Part shown: positions 30,409 through 41,195 of the stretch, one piece after another
Position numbering within the stretch: position 1 is the first letter of the stretch
How the letters are laid out: each line of letters begins with the position of its first letter
Assembly (NCBI GenBank): GCA_963775895.1
Contig: CAVZKL010000010.1
Coordinates: 32,001-96,000, forward strand
Source: Candidatus Bathyarchaeota archaeon
GTDB lineage: Archaea; Thermoproteota; Bathyarchaeia; Bathyarchaeales; Bathycorpusculaceae
Direction: 5' to 3'
Length of the DNA stretch: 64,000 nucleotides
Made by a program: the position numbers and the translations under genes
The notes under the pieces: generated by a model
Seen by the model: only the letters and a program-made list of their open reading frames with translations
Databases searched by the model: none
Told to the model about the DNA's origin: nothing

Positions 30409-31254
30409 TCAGCTCACCTTTTCAATCGCTTTTTCGTTGATCTTCGATATTTTCTCATGGAGCAGCTTCTCATAGCTGAGCTTCTCGATGTCCACGAACT
30501 CGCCGACCGGTATTTTGTCGGCGCCTATTTCGGCTTTCGCGGGGTCTGAGAAGTTTTCAACCACGGATGCCCTCTTGAACCAGCTCATCATTTCAAGTCC
30601 CGAGCGCATCTTGTTGTGGCGGCCGTAGATTTCTGGACACTGCGTGAGCACTTCGACGAAGCAGAACCCTTCCTTCTGCATCATCTTTTTGATCGACTGC
30701 GTCAACCTTCGCACGTGCAGCGTGGTCCATCTGGCTACGTAGGTGGAACCTGAAGCAGCTGCCAGGTGCACGAGGTTGAAGGGGTGTTCGATGTTTCCGT
30801 AGGGACTCGTGGCGGTCAATGCTTCAAGCGGCGTCGTTGGGCCCTGCTGCCCTCCGGTCATGCCGTAGTTGAGGTTGTTGGCGCAGAGGACCTTTATTCC
30901 CATGTTTCTTCGTGCCGCGTGTATGAAGTGGTTTCCTCCTATCGCAAAGAGGTCACCGTCACCGCTTATGACCACAACTTCCAGTTCAGGGTTCGCCAGT
31001 TTCACTCCGGTGGCGAACGCCAACGCTCTTCCGTGCGTGGTGTGGAACGAGTCTGCGTTTACGTATCCTGCTGTTCTTCCGATGCATCCGATTCCTGAGA
31101 CTACGACGAGCTTGTCTAAGTCAAACTTCAACTCGTCTAGGGCATGGGTGAAACAGTTGAGCACGATTCCGTTGCCGCAACCGGGGCACCAGATGTGGGG
31201 GATCACGTCGGCTCTTAGATACTTTGAAAACGGGTGTACTGTTTCCAGCGTCAT
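30409..31254 (-). CDS. korB: 2-oxoacid:ferredoxin oxidoreductase beta subunit
   Basis: WCPGCG, SGIGC, HGRA, TPP motif GDGD...NN.YGMTGGQ. Confidence 0.92.
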   Translation of the reverse strand: MTLETVHPFSKYLRADVIPHIWCPGCGNGIVLNCFTHALDELKFDLDKLVVVSGIGCIGRTAGYVNADSFHTTHGRALAFATGVKLANPELEVVVISGDGDLFAIGGNHFIHAARRNMGIKVLCANNLNYGMTGGQQGPTTPLEALTATSPYGNIEHPFNLVHLAAASGSTYVARWTTLHVRRLTQSIKKMMQKEGFCFVEVLTQCPEIYGRHNKMRSGLEMMSWFKRASVVENFSDPAKAEIGADKIPVGEFVDIEKLSYEKLLHEKISKINEKAIEKVS

Positions 31255-32400
31255 TTAGCCGAGCCTCCTTATTCCTTCAAGGATCTCCATCGGTGTGTGC
31301 GGCTCCTCTCCGAGTTTGGAGAGAAAAGTCACTGGAGTCTCTTTTGCCACTCTCTCCACTTCTCGGACCAGTTGTCCGCAGTTCATTTCAGGGACGAGGA
31401 TTCCGTGAACTTGTTTTGCGACTTTTGCCACGTTCTCGTCTGGGAATGGCCAGATCGTGATCAACCTTAACAATCCTGCTTTGATTCCGTTTTCTCTTGC
31501 TTTTCTCACAGCGCTCAGTGCAGCACGGGCGACTATTCCGTAGGCGACGACCGCGACTTCCGCGTCGTCGAGCATGATCTCTTCAATCCTGATGATTTTG
31601 TTGGCGTTGTTCTGGATTTTTTGGCAGAGTCGATTGACAAGTTCGGACTGGACTCGAGAGCTCGAAGTCTTGGGATAACCGTTTTCGTCATGCGTTAAGC
31701 CTGTAGCATGGAAATGGTATCCCTCTCCGAAGCACGCCATAGGCGGAACCAGATCGGCATCGGGTTTGAAGGCTTTGTATTCTTCAGGAAGAACTTGAGG
31801 TTTTTTGCGGTTGATTATCTTGACTTTGTCCATGGGGGGGATCACGACTTTTTCCCACATGTGGCCAACGATTTCGTCTGCCATGAGCAGAGTGGGAACG
31901 CGGTAGGTTTCGCTGAGGTTGAAGGCTTCTATCGTCAGGTTGAACATCTCTTGCACGGAGGATGGGGTTAACGCTATGATTCCGTAGTCTCCGTGAGAGC
32001 CCCATTTTGCCTGCATGACATCCTGTTGTCCCGGCATCGTCGGCTGCCCAGTGCTCGGTCCGCCCCGCATGACATCCACGATCACGCAGGGAGCTTCCGT
32101 CATGACTGCGAGTCCTATGTTTTCCTGCATCAGACTGAAGCCCGGTCCCGACGTCGCGGTCATCGCCTTCAGCCCAGAGTAGGATGCGCCTATTATTGCT
32201 GCCATTGAAGCGATTTCATCCTCCATCTGAACGTATATTCCGCCGAGTTCAGGCAGTCGTTGAGACAGATGTTCCGCGATTTCGGTTGCGGGCGTAATTG
32301 GGTAACCTGCGAAGAATCTGCAACCGGCGATCAGTGCGCCCTCAGCGCATGCCAGGTCGCCATTCATGAAATGCGGTCCGGTGAGTATGTTTTTTGGCAT
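31255..32400 (-). CDS. korA: 2-oxoacid:ferredoxin oxidoreductase alpha subunit
   Basis: YPITPATE, QMEDEIAS, ATSGPGFSLM, RGGPSTG, PEMN.GQ. Confidence 0.92.
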   Translation of the reverse strand: MPKNILTGPHFMNGDLACAEGALIAGCRFFAGYPITPATEIAEHLSQRLPELGGIYVQMEDEIASMAAIIGASYSGLKAMTATSGPGFSLMQENIGLAVMTEAPCVIVDVMRGGPSTGQPTMPGQQDVMQAKWGSHGDYGIIALTPSSVQEMFNLTIEAFNLSETYRVPTLLMADEIVGHMWEKVVIPPMDKVKIINRKKPQVLPEEYKAFKPDADLVPPMACFGEGYHFHATGLTHDENGYPKTSSSRVQSELVNRLCQKIQNNANKIIRIEEIMLDDAEVAVVAYGIVARAALSAVRKARENGIKAGLLRLITIWPFPDENVAKVAKQVHGILVPEMNCGQLVREVERVAKETPVTFLSKLGEEPHTPMEILEGIRRLG

Positions 32401-32401
32401 T

Positions 32402-32686
32402 CTAATTCTCCTTCACTTTTTGATTCTTCTTTTCCTCCACGAAGATTGCGAAGTCTGGGCAGACTGCGGTGCAGAAGCCGCACATTATGCATTTGCTTTC
32501 GTCCACGATTCTCGGAGGATGCACGCCTCTTGCGTTTATTTCATCAGACTCCTCGAGAACTTTTCGCGGGCAATACTCTATACAATATCCGCATCCTTTA
32601 CACTGATCTTTAATCAAATGAATTTCGGCTTTCGTTTGCACCAGCTTTTCTTTGTCCAAGGGTGGGTGTCGAATTCTCTCGGGCAT
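32402..32686 (-). CDS. korD: 2x[4Fe-4S] ferredoxin-like delta subunit
   Basis: CKGCGYCIEYCP and CIMCGFCTAVCPD. Confidence 0.9.
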   Translation of the reverse strand: MPERIRHPPLDKEKLVQTKAEIHLIKDQCKGCGYCIEYCPRKVLEESDEINARGVHPPRIVDESKCIMCGFCTAVCPDFAIFVEEKKNQKVKEN

Positions 32687-32688
32687 TC

Positions 32689-35122
32689 CTAATTACCTTC
32701 CAAAGCTTTCTCGAACACTTTTTGGGCTTTCTCGATTTCTTCAGGCTTGACCTTTTCAACTATTGTCTTCATATCACGAATCTTCGTGGCAAATTTCTCG
32801 CCTTCCGCAGCTGAGGCCCACAGGAGTTGAAGTCGTTCCTTGTTCAGCCCGCTTTGCTCCATTTTTTTCCACATTCGTTCTACGCGTTTCTGCGTTTGAA
32901 TGTTAGCGTTTATGTAGTGACAGTCTCCGATGTGACAGCCACTCACCAAGACGGCGGCGGCACCTCTGGCGAAGGCCCTTTCAATGAATTTGGTCGAGAC
33001 TCTTCCTGAGCACATCGTTCTGATTATGCGCGCGTGCGGTGGATACTGCATTCTGCTCACTCCTGCGAAATCCGCGCCCGCGTAAGAGCACCAGTTGCAG
33101 CAGAAAGCAACGGTTTTCTTGTCTGCATCATGCTCGGTAACCGCGTCTATCTGTGCAATGATTTGTTCGTCCGTGAAATGACTCTGTGTTAAGGCCCCGA
33201 AGGTGCATTCGGCTGCGCACGTTCCACATCCGCCGCATGCGGCTTCGATCACTGTTACTCTTTTCTTGTCTTTGTCAAGCGTTATCGCGTTGTAGGGACA
33301 GACTTTAACGCACAATCCACAGGCTTTGCATTTCTCTGGGAAAGATATCGGCGTGATGGCTTCCACGGTCACTTTTCCCTGTGCCATCAGTATGCCCGCG
33401 CGTCCCGCTGCCGCGCTCGCCTGGGTGACGCTGTCCTTGATGTCCTTAGGGCGACTCTGCACAGCCAGCGAAGAATATTCCGCCCGTTGCAGCGTCCACG
33501 GGTCTCAGTTTCGGATGAGCTTCCAGGAAGAACCCGTCTTGGTTCCTTGACAGCGTCAGCAACCGCTGGATCATTTCGCTGTCTTTTCTGGCTTCTAGAC
33601 CAATCGAGAGGATCACCATGCCCGCGCTCGTCTTGTAGATTTCCTTTCTCAGGGTGTTTTCCCCGATCAGCCACAAGTCGTGAGTTCTCTTGTCCTCCTT
33701 TATCTCGGCTGGCAGTCCTCGGATGAAGACGACACCTTCTTTCCTGGCTCGTTTGTACAGGTCTTCGAAGCCTTTTCCGTAGGCTCTTATGTCAACGTAG
33801 AAGACGTAGATCTCGGTCTCGGGCCAGTGTTCTTTAATGAGCAGGCTGTCTTTGATGGTGTTCATGCAGCAGACGTTGCTGCAGTAAAGTTTGCCACTCT
33901 TTTCTGAGCGTGAGCCGACACATTGGACGAATGCGACTCTTTTGGGGATTTGTTTGTCGCTGGGGCGAATGAGATGACCGCCTGACGGGCCGCCCGCGTT
34001 GATGAGTCTTTCAAATTCCAGTGACGTGATGACGTTTGGGAATTTGCCGTAGCCGTAATCGGGTAAGATGGAAGGGTCGAAGACGTCTGCGCCTGTTGCG
34101 ACCACTATGGTGCCCACTTCTATTTCTTGAGTCTCAGGCTTCATTTCGAAGCTGATCGCTTGTCTTTCGCAGGCTTTTATGCACTTGTCGCAGACGACGA
34201 CGCCGTCTTTGTTGAGGCAAAGGTTCATGTCGATTACGTACGTGGATGGAACTGCCTGTGCGAAAGGCGTGTAAATGCCGTGTCTAGTCGCCAGTCCAAC
34301 GTCGAATTCGTTTGCAGTGACTATCGGACAGACTTTGACGCATTCTCCGCAGCCTGAGCAGTCTTTTGTTACGTATCGCGCCTTCTTCAACACTTTAACG
34401 TGGAAGTTTCCGATGTAGCCCTTCACTTCGGTGACTTCGCTGTTGGTCAAGAGTTCAACGTTTGGGTGATGACCCACGTCTGACATCTTTGGCGCCAGAA
34501 TGCAAATCGAGCAGTCCATCGTGGGGAAAGTCTTGTCTATTCGCGCCATCATTCCGCCTATGCTCGGTTCTTTTTCAACCAAGTAGACTTTGTAACCCGT
34601 GTCTGCGAGATCAAGAGCAGCTTGAATGCCCGCCACTCCTGCGCCTATGACCAGCGTTCTTCGCGTTATCGGAACCTCTGCTTCTTCCGCGGGTTCGAGC
34701 AGGGTAGCTTTGGCCACCGCCATTTTCACTAGGTCTTTGGCCTTTTCCGTGGCAGCTTTGCGGTCGTAGAGGTGAACCCAACTGCAGTGTTCTCGGATGT
34801 TTGCCATCTCGAAAAGATACTTGTTCAACCCTGCATCTTCGCAAGCTTTCCTGAAGGTCGGCTCATGAAGCCTCGGGGAACAGGAAGCAACGACAACTCG
34901 GTTGAGTTTGTGCTCCTTGATGTCTTTCTTTATTCCTGCTTGCCCTTGATCGGAGCAGGTGTAACGATTGTCTTGAGCTAAGACGACGTGAGGAAGCCCA
35001 GCGGCGAATTTTGCCACTTCCTCGCAGTCGACGGAACCGGCGATGTTGAGACCGCAGTGACAAACGTAGACGCCTATTCGAGGCTCGTCCTGCTTTGGTT
35101 CAGACTGTTGTTTCTCAGTCAC
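32689..35122 (-). CDS. hdrA: HdrA-type flavoprotein fused to a C-terminal MvhD domain (frameshift near 33450)
   Basis: IGVYVCHCG.NI, SCSPRLHE, ANIREHC, KTFPTMDC, CSNVCC; the next frame continues PKDIKDSV, ferredoxin motifs and MvhD CCNWCSYAGAD...CSGRV...GCHIGDCHY. Confidence 0.92.
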
Positions 35123-35126
35123 TGGC

Positions 35127-36593
35127 TTAATCCTCCTTCATCGATTTCAGATAGTTTTCAATAGATTCCGCGGCGCGTTTTCCATCGCGAATGGCCTCTA
35201 TAACGGACGCAGGTCCGCTCACTGCATCGCCACCTCCGAAAAAGCCAGCAGCCGTGGTTTCCATGGTCAACGGGTTGACCCAAAGCGTTCCATCGTCGTT
35301 GAGTTCAACGGCTTTGGGCAAGAAAGCCAAGTCCGGTACCTCACCTATCGCCAGAATCACTCTGTCCGCGTCGTGTTTGAATTCTGAGCCTTCTATAGGT
35401 ATGGCTTTTTTGCGTCCACTTTCATCCGGTTCGTCAAGTTTCATTCGTACGCACTCGATGCCGCAGACTTTGTTATTGTCTCCCAGAATTTTCTTCGGAG
35501 AGACGAGAAACTCGATCTTTACTCCTTCATGCTCTGCTTCTTCAACTTCACGGGGGTTGGCAGGCATTTCATCCTTTGATCTTCGGTATAACACGGTTAC
35601 TTCGGCCGCTCCAAGGCAACGAGCGGTTCTCGCCGCGTCAATAGCAACGTTGCCGCCTCCGATCACGACGACTTTGTTGCCAACGTCAATCTTCTTGTCG
35701 AGGTTTGCGTCCCACAGGAAGTCAAGCGCGTAAGTCACGCCCTTTAATCCTGTGCCTTCCACCTTCAGTTTCTGGCTTTTGTGTGCTCCCGTGCTCACGA
35801 AGAAGGCTCTGTATCCTTCTTTCTTAAGGTCGTCAAAGGACATGTTCTTGCCGATTTCTGTGTTTGTTTTGAGTTCAACGCCGAGCGCTCGTATGAACTC
35901 TATTTCCTTGGCGACGAGTTTTTTCGGCAAGCGGTATTGAGGTATGCCTTTTCTGAGCATGCCACCTGCTTCATGGAGAGCTTCGAAAACCGTAACATCG
36001 TATCGTTTTCGGCTCAATTCGTAGGCAGCTGCTAGTCCAGCTGGTCCAGAACCGATTACGGCAACTTTCTGCTTTGACGATTTTGTTGTCTTGTCCTTCT
36101 TTTTTGTATCGAGCTGTTCCTCACGTAGTCTTTCAATCTTCTCGATGACTTCATCGGTTTTCAATCCGGCTCTTTCTGGGTGATAACAGACGAGCGTCGC
36201 GACCAGTGGAAGGGGAACATTTTTCACGATTTTTTGAAGAGCTCGGTCGAATGCCTGAGTCTGCCCACGTTCGACGGCAGCTTTCCTCAGGGAAAGCAGT
36301 ATCTCTGGCACTTTCAACCCTTGTGGGCACCGGTTGTAACATCGGTAGCACCACGCGCAAACCCAGATCGCCTCTGAACTCAGCGCTTCTTCAGGATTCG
36401 TGTATATGTCTTCAAGAAGTCTTCGGGGACCATACTCGTTTCCTAGCATCTCAGCCATTGAGCAACTGGCCGTGCAGATGCCACATTCGAAGCAGTTCTT
36501 AAGCTTCTCGACGTCTAGGATTCGGTGACGAATTTCGCTTATTGTGGCTGTTGAGTTTTCCACGATGGGTCCTACTGAATATTCGGTTGCCAA
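35127..36593 (-). CDS. HdrC-like 2x[4Fe-4S] domain fused to a GltD/NfnB-type FAD/NAD(P)H oxidoreductase
   Basis: CFECGICTASC and CAWCYRCYNRCP, then GSGPAGL, GIPQYRLP, GGGNVAID, YRRS, GGDAVSGP. Confidence 0.85.
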   Translation of the reverse strand: MATEYSVGPIVENSTATISEIRHRILDVEKLKNCFECGICTASCSMAEMLGNEYGPRRLLEDIYTNPEEALSSEAIWVCAWCYRCYNRCPQGLKVPEILLSLRKAAVERGQTQAFDRALQKIVKNVPLPLVATLVCYHPERAGLKTDEVIEKIERLREEQLDTKKKDKTTKSSKQKVAVIGSGPAGLAAAYELSRKRYDVTVFEALHEAGGMLRKGIPQYRLPKKLVAKEIEFIRALGVELKTNTEIGKNMSFDDLKKEGYRAFFVSTGAHKSQKLKVEGTGLKGVTYALDFLWDANLDKKIDVGNKVVVIGGGNVAIDAARTARCLGAAEVTVLYRRSKDEMPANPREVEEAEHEGVKIEFLVSPKKILGDNNKVCGIECVRMKLDEPDESGRKKAIPIEGSEFKHDADRVILAIGEVPDLAFLPKAVELNDDGTLWVNPLTMETTAAGFFGGGDAVSGPASVIEAIRDGKRAAESIENYLKSMKED

Positions 36594-36713
36594 AGATATA
36601 AAAGTTTACAAATGTAAAGGTTTTTTATGGACATCGAGGTTCGACTTGTCGTAAATACACATTTATACGGTTTCATACACTAGACTACAATTCGAAAGGA
36701 GAAATCGTTCACT

Positions 36714-37748
36714 ATGGATCGAATAAAAGTCCTCGCTTACGGCGTCGGCGTCGTCGGCGGAATGATCGCGAAATCTCTGCTGGAAAAGGAAGGCGTTGAG
36801 ATCGTCGGCGCGGTTGATGTTGCCAAGGACAAGGTCGGCAAAGACCTAGGCGACGTTCTGGGGCTTCAAAAGAAGCTTGGCGTGACCGTTCGTGACAACC
36901 TCGGTTCTGCGCTTTCGAAAGCGAAGGCCGATGTCGCCGTACACGCCACTTCCTCGTACCTTAAAGCCACTTCTGCCCAGATCGCCACGATCGTTGAGCA
37001 CGGTGTCAACGTTGTTTCAACGTGCGAAGAACTGTCTTACCCTTTTATTTCTGAACCCGAACTTGCCGCGCAGATTGATGCGCTCGCAAAGAAACACGAC
37101 GTCACAGTTCTCGGGTCGGGAGTGAACCCGGGTTTTGTGATGGACACCCTCGTGATAGCGTTAACGGCTCCTTGCCAGAGTGTTGAATCGATTCATGCAA
37201 CCAGGGTGATGAACGCGGCAACAAGACGGTTGCCCTTCCAGAAGAAGATAGGAGCAGGCTTGTCAAAGCAGGAATTCGAAGAGGCGATCAAGCATAAACA
37301 CATCACTGGGCACGTTGGACTTGAGCAGTCGATCGAGATGATTGCTGACGCTCTGGCGTGGAAGCTCGATACGATCGTGATTGAGCACGTTGAACCCGTG
37401 ATAGCCAAGAAGTCGGTTCGAAGCAAGGACATACAAGTAAAAGCCGGAAATGCCGCAGGACTGACGCAGAAAGCCAAGGGCATCATGAAAGGCAAAGAAG
37501 TCATAGTTTTGGATTTCCAAGCGTACATCGGAGCTGAAGAAGAGTGCGATGCAATTAGAATCAAAGGGGTCCCCGAGATCAATCAGAGAATCAGCCCGTG
37601 CGTACACGGCGACTTAGCAACGGTGGCCATGATCGTCAACGCAATTCCAAAAGTCATCAACGCTCCTGCTGGTTTGTTGACCATGAAAGACCTGCCTCTG
37701 CCGTCAGCGGTCGTTACAGACATGCGCAAGTACCTGAAAACATTCTGA
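36714..37748 (+). CDS. 2,4-diaminopentanoate dehydrogenase / NAD(P)H amine dehydrogenase family (DapB-like N-terminus)
   Basis: YGVGVVG, NVVSTCEELSYP, GSGVNPGFVMD, GHVGL, GDLATVAMIVNAIP. Confidence 0.82.
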   Translation: MDRIKVLAYGVGVVGGMIAKSLLEKEGVEIVGAVDVAKDKVGKDLGDVLGLQKKLGVTVRDNLGSALSKAKADVAVHATSSYLKATSAQIATIVEHGVNVVSTCEELSYPFISEPELAAQIDALAKKHDVTVLGSGVNPGFVMDTLVIALTAPCQSVESIHATRVMNAATRRLPFQKKIGAGLSKQEFEEAIKHKHITGHVGLEQSIEMIADALAWKLDTIVIEHVEPVIAKKSVRSKDIQVKAGNAAGLTQKAKGIMKGKEVIVLDFQAYIGAEEECDAIRIKGVPEINQRISPCVHGDLATVAMIVNAIPKVINAPAGLLTMKDLPLPSAVVTDMRKYLKTF

Positions 37749-37804
37749 CCCTCAAGAGTCGCAGCCTTTAAGAAATCCTGAAACTCTTCTTATCGTGATG
37801 TCCG

Positions 37805-38257
37805 ATGAAAAAGAAAGCCGGTGTTCATGAAAAAGGATCTTTCTCTCTCGCGGATCTGATTGAAAGCACCAAGAAGCAAACTGGTTTTGAAAAAGCCGGA
37901 GCAATAGGCATGTTCATAGGCGTAGTGCGCGGAACGACAGGTGGAGGCAAGGTTCAGAGGCTGGAGTTGCAGGCCTACGAGGAGAAAGCCGATGAAGTGC
38001 TCACCAATATCTGCAATGATCTGAAGAAAAAGCCGGGCATAATAGACGTGCAAATTCACCATTTGCTCGGCGATTTCGAAGTCGGTGAAGATCTCGTCTA
38101 TGTCTCAGTTGCGGGAGGGCATCGGCAACAGATCTTTCCCGTTCTGGAAGAGGCAGTTGAGAGGTACAAGAAAGAGGCACCCATTTTCAAGAAAGAATTA
38201 GTCACAACTGACAAGGGCAACAAGGCTTACTGGACTGCAGAACGGCGCGATCAATAG
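37805..38257 (+). CDS. moaE: Molybdopterin synthase catalytic subunit
   Basis: GAIGMFIGVVR, HLLGDFEVGE, GGHRQ, KKEAPIFKKE. Confidence 0.9.
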   Translation: MKKKAGVHEKGSFSLADLIESTKKQTGFEKAGAIGMFIGVVRGTTGGGKVQRLELQAYEEKADEVLTNICNDLKKKPGIIDVQIHHLLGDFEVGEDLVYVSVAGGHRQQIFPVLEEAVERYKKEAPIFKKELVTTDKGNKAYWTAERRDQ

Positions 38258-38322
38258 TGCACCTTCACGACAGCAATAACTGATTGCGGCGGACAATGGA
38301 AGTTGAAGCGCTGAGGGCGTTA

Positions 38323-38736
38323 CTAGGGTCTAGGATGCCTTTTTTCAGCGACAACGACCAAGTACAACGCGAAAGCTATGATTAAAGCTCCAACGAGTAC
38401 GAAGAAGAACGCGGTCAAAACTTCAGCGCTGAAACCACTTGACAATAGGAGGTAAAGGAAGACTCCGAAGACAATCAGTATGGAACCGCCAACCAGTGGA
38501 CCTAAGAGCATATGCTCATGTTTTTCCGTTTTCTCCCATTTTTCTTCCTTTTCGCTTTTCTCGGATTGTCTTCTCTGTCTTCTGAATTCTCTTCTTTGGT
38601 CTCTCCATTCTCTGCGTCTTGCTCTCCATTCTTCTCGCCAATCTGCGGCCTGTTCCATCCGTAAAGATGCTCCACATTTTGGGCAGAATACCATTTTCTC
38701 GTCGACTTCTGACCCACACTTTGGACAATGAGGCAT
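38323..38736 (-). CDS. Zn-ribbon plus two-TM membrane protein
   Basis: CPKCG...FCPKCG, charged helix, two TM helices. Confidence 0.8.
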   Translation of the reverse strand: MPHCPKCGSEVDEKMVFCPKCGASLRMEQAADWREEWRARRREWRDQRREFRRQRRQSEKSEKEEKWEKTEKHEHMLLGPLVGGSILIVFGVFLYLLLSSGFSAEVLTAFFFVLVGALIIAFALYLVVVAEKRHPRP

Positions 38737-39457
38737 AACTTCTTACTCCTACACGTTTAGGTGGGTAGCCCTCTTTGAACGTTTGAAGCCAATTGTCCAC
38801 CTTCTTTCTTCAGCGTACCTGCGATCACCCCTGTAATCGATTTGTCGTCGCCATGAGAAGCGCCATATGTGATTTTCCCTTTCACGTGCACCCCACCGAG
38901 TTGCTTGTTAGACTTCTTGTTTATCTCATTTTCGGCGCGTACTGAAGTTGAAGAAAGTCTTGAAGGAGCATCGTGTGAACAGAAATGGAAGCGAGACGCG
39001 TTGATCTGTCTATATAGATTAGTTAGTTTTCTATAGATTATTTGGGAATTCAATATAAGTCGGATTCTCTTGCATTGTAGCTGAGGGCTGTGTAATGCAG
39101 ACGAAAAGCAAGAAAAGACGACATGAAGAGAAACTGAGTGAGCCGTGGTATTTCATCCACTTTTGAGGCTGATGTCCTCTATGACGAGACGATTGAGAAA
39201 AAGGGTTTCTCGTTCGATTTCAGATGACAAGGAAAAGGCGTCTTCGAGGTCCGAATTGATCGATTGGTTCTTAGACATTGACCTGATGAAAGCCTATTGA
39301 ACTTTTTTAGAATTGTCTCTTCGTTACCTTCGCATTTTCTTTGGAACTGTTGCCCAATCGCAGGTCCTACTATAGGATTTAGAGGATTTTTATGAAAGCG
39401 CGTTTAAGGAACACTTTTATCTCTTTGGGAAGCCCCTAATGTTTGAAGCGAAGGCAT

Positions 39458-40159
39458 ATGGATTTGAAGGAAGAGATAGAAAAAATGGCATTGCGCCTCG
39501 GGGCCGATGTTTTTGGAGTTGCTTCCGCTAAGGGGTTGGATGATGCTCCGTCGGGACATCGTCCCAGAGATGTTCTTCCAAATGCGAAATCTGTCATTGT
39601 TCTTGGGATGAAGATGCTCGATGCTCAAACGGACATTATACCCAGCGAAGGAGACTATTTTGCAGCATCCCCACGACAGGACATGTTCAGAGGACACAAC
39701 ACTCTCGTTTCACAGGAACTCGACAGGGTAGGATATTCCGTTGCGAGATTTCTTGAGAAGAAAGGGTTCAAAGCATATCATCAAATGGCTTCAACGGGAG
39801 GAACAGACCAACGCTATCTCACAGGTTTATTGTCGCTTAAGCACATGGCTGTTCAGGCTGGTCTTGGGGTTTTGGGTTACAACAGCTTGCTCATAACGCA
39901 ACAGTACGGGCCTAGGGTGCGATTGGTTGCCATAGTGACCGACGCAGAAATGCAGCCTGATTCGCCCTTAAACAAGAATTTCTGTGAAAACTGCCCGAAT
40001 CCATGCATGCCCTTGTGCCCAGCGAAGGCATTGAAGAAGCCAGGTCACGAGTTCGATTACGAAATAAACAAGTTTGCGTGTAGTCAATATATAAGCACTC
40101 GACCAACATGCAGCATATGCCTGAAAGTGTGTCCAATAGGAAGCCAACGAGTTAAGTGA
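39458..40159 (+). CDS. QueG-like / reductive-dehalogenase-like 4Fe-4S double-cluster protein
   Basis: GADVFGVA, SLKHMAVQAGLG, YGPRVRL, CENC...CPAKA, CSICLKVCP. Confidence 0.82.
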   Translation: MDLKEEIEKMALRLGADVFGVASAKGLDDAPSGHRPRDVLPNAKSVIVLGMKMLDAQTDIIPSEGDYFAASPRQDMFRGHNTLVSQELDRVGYSVARFLEKKGFKAYHQMASTGGTDQRYLTGLLSLKHMAVQAGLGVLGYNSLLITQQYGPRVRLVAIVTDAEMQPDSPLNKNFCENCPNPCMPLCPAKALKKPGHEFDYEINKFACSQYISTRPTCSICLKVCPIGSQRVK

Positions 40160-40170
40160 GCAAGAATCTT

Positions 40171-40755
40171 TCAGAAATGTTCGTATGAGACGATTTCACT
40201 GAGCTGTTTCCTACAAGGGGGGATCGGCTCAGTTTTTGCATATCCGAGCTGAACGATGCAGGCTATTCTGTCTCTTTGGCTTGCGTTCAGAATACGTTTC
40301 AGTTTGTTTTCTTCGTTCCTGTTCAAAAATGTGTACACGCAGCTACCAAGTCCTTCATCCGTGGCGGCCAGCAGCATGTTCTCAACAGCCATCCAGACCG
40401 AGCCCAAAACAAGTTCACCCCTCATATTCTCTGGTAACTCGTAAAATACTGCGACAAGAATCGGGATATCTCTCATGCAGGACTTATCCCAAGATCCACC
40501 GCGAGCGGCAAGATATTTGGCTCGCGCAGGTGAGAATTGTCTCCAATGCTCCTTACTGAAGCTCGTGCAGTTACAAGCTATCTTCACCTTGATCTGAGGA
40601 TTAGTGACGACTAGAAAATGCCAGGGCTGACAGTTGCCAGCCGAAGGAGCCAAACGCCCAGCCTCAAGCACTCTTCGTAGAGACTCTTCTGGAATAGCGT
40701 CTTTTTTGAATTTTCTGACGCTCCTTCGTTTGACGATTACTTCTTTGAATTCTAA
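40171..40755 (-). CDS. Nitroreductase family protein (start codon unclear)
   Basis: KRRSVRKF upstream in frame, APSAGNCQPWHF, ENMLLAATDEGLGSC. Confidence 0.88.
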   Translation of the reverse strand, partial: LEFKEVIVKRRSVRKFKKDAIPEESLRRVLEAGRLAPSAGNCQPWHFLVVTNPQIKVKIACNCTSFSKEHWRQFSPARAKYLAARGGSWDKSCMRDIPILVAVFYELPENMRGELVLGSVWMAVENMLLAATDEGLGSCVYTFLNRNEENKLKRILNASQRDRIACIVQLGYAKTEPIPPCRKQLSEIVSYEHF

Positions 40756-40908
40756 CGCTGCTGCCTCCTCTCAAACCCATTATACGAAATTAGCTTACAA
40801 ATCTGACGGAAAGACGCGCGAACTTGTTTCGCGTAACTCAAGGTTTGACCATGATGCCCCCTCTTCTCCTTACCATAATCGATAATCATGAACCACAAGT
40901 TAGACATT

Positions 40909-41161
40909 TCAGTTGCCAACTAGTCTTATTCCCTGCTTAAGCATACCAGTGAGGTTATCCTTTAGGTCTTCAAAGCACGCGCTCAGCCGTTTCGCGTCTT
41001 CTTTGGACATGCCTTGCTGCATTAGCTGTTCTTCAAAAGCTTTCCTTGTTTTGCCAACTCTCCTGCCCAAAGTGAGGTACATCCAGAGAAAGACTGAGAG
41101 ACATCCGAGCCAAGTGAGGAGAAGACTTTATTACCGCTGTGACCGTTGAAGCTGCGCTCAT
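40909..41161 (-). CDS. Small helical hypothetical protein (frameshift near 41090; not in ORF track)
   Basis: Own translation MSAASTVTAVIKSSPHLARMSLS / WMYLTLGRRVGKTRKAFEEQLMQQGMSKEDAKRLSACFEDLKD. Confidence 0.55.
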
Positions 41162-41195
41162 TTTTTGTCAACCTGCCATTAGAGAAAGAAGGAAG

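Noticed and set aside
27491-33034. GC runs at 27491, 29660 and 33028 as junction sites
   Set aside because: They lie inside intact coding frames (Arg-Ala-Arg type codons) and are compatible with chance.
32689-35122. hdrA as evidence of methanogenesis
   Set aside because: HdrA-MvhD is widespread in non-methanogens, and no mcr, mtr or hdrB genes are present here.
38757-39400. ORF 38757..39053 and the following AT-rich spacer as a gene or element
   Set aside because: No recognisable motif, terminal repeats or convincing start; left unannotated.
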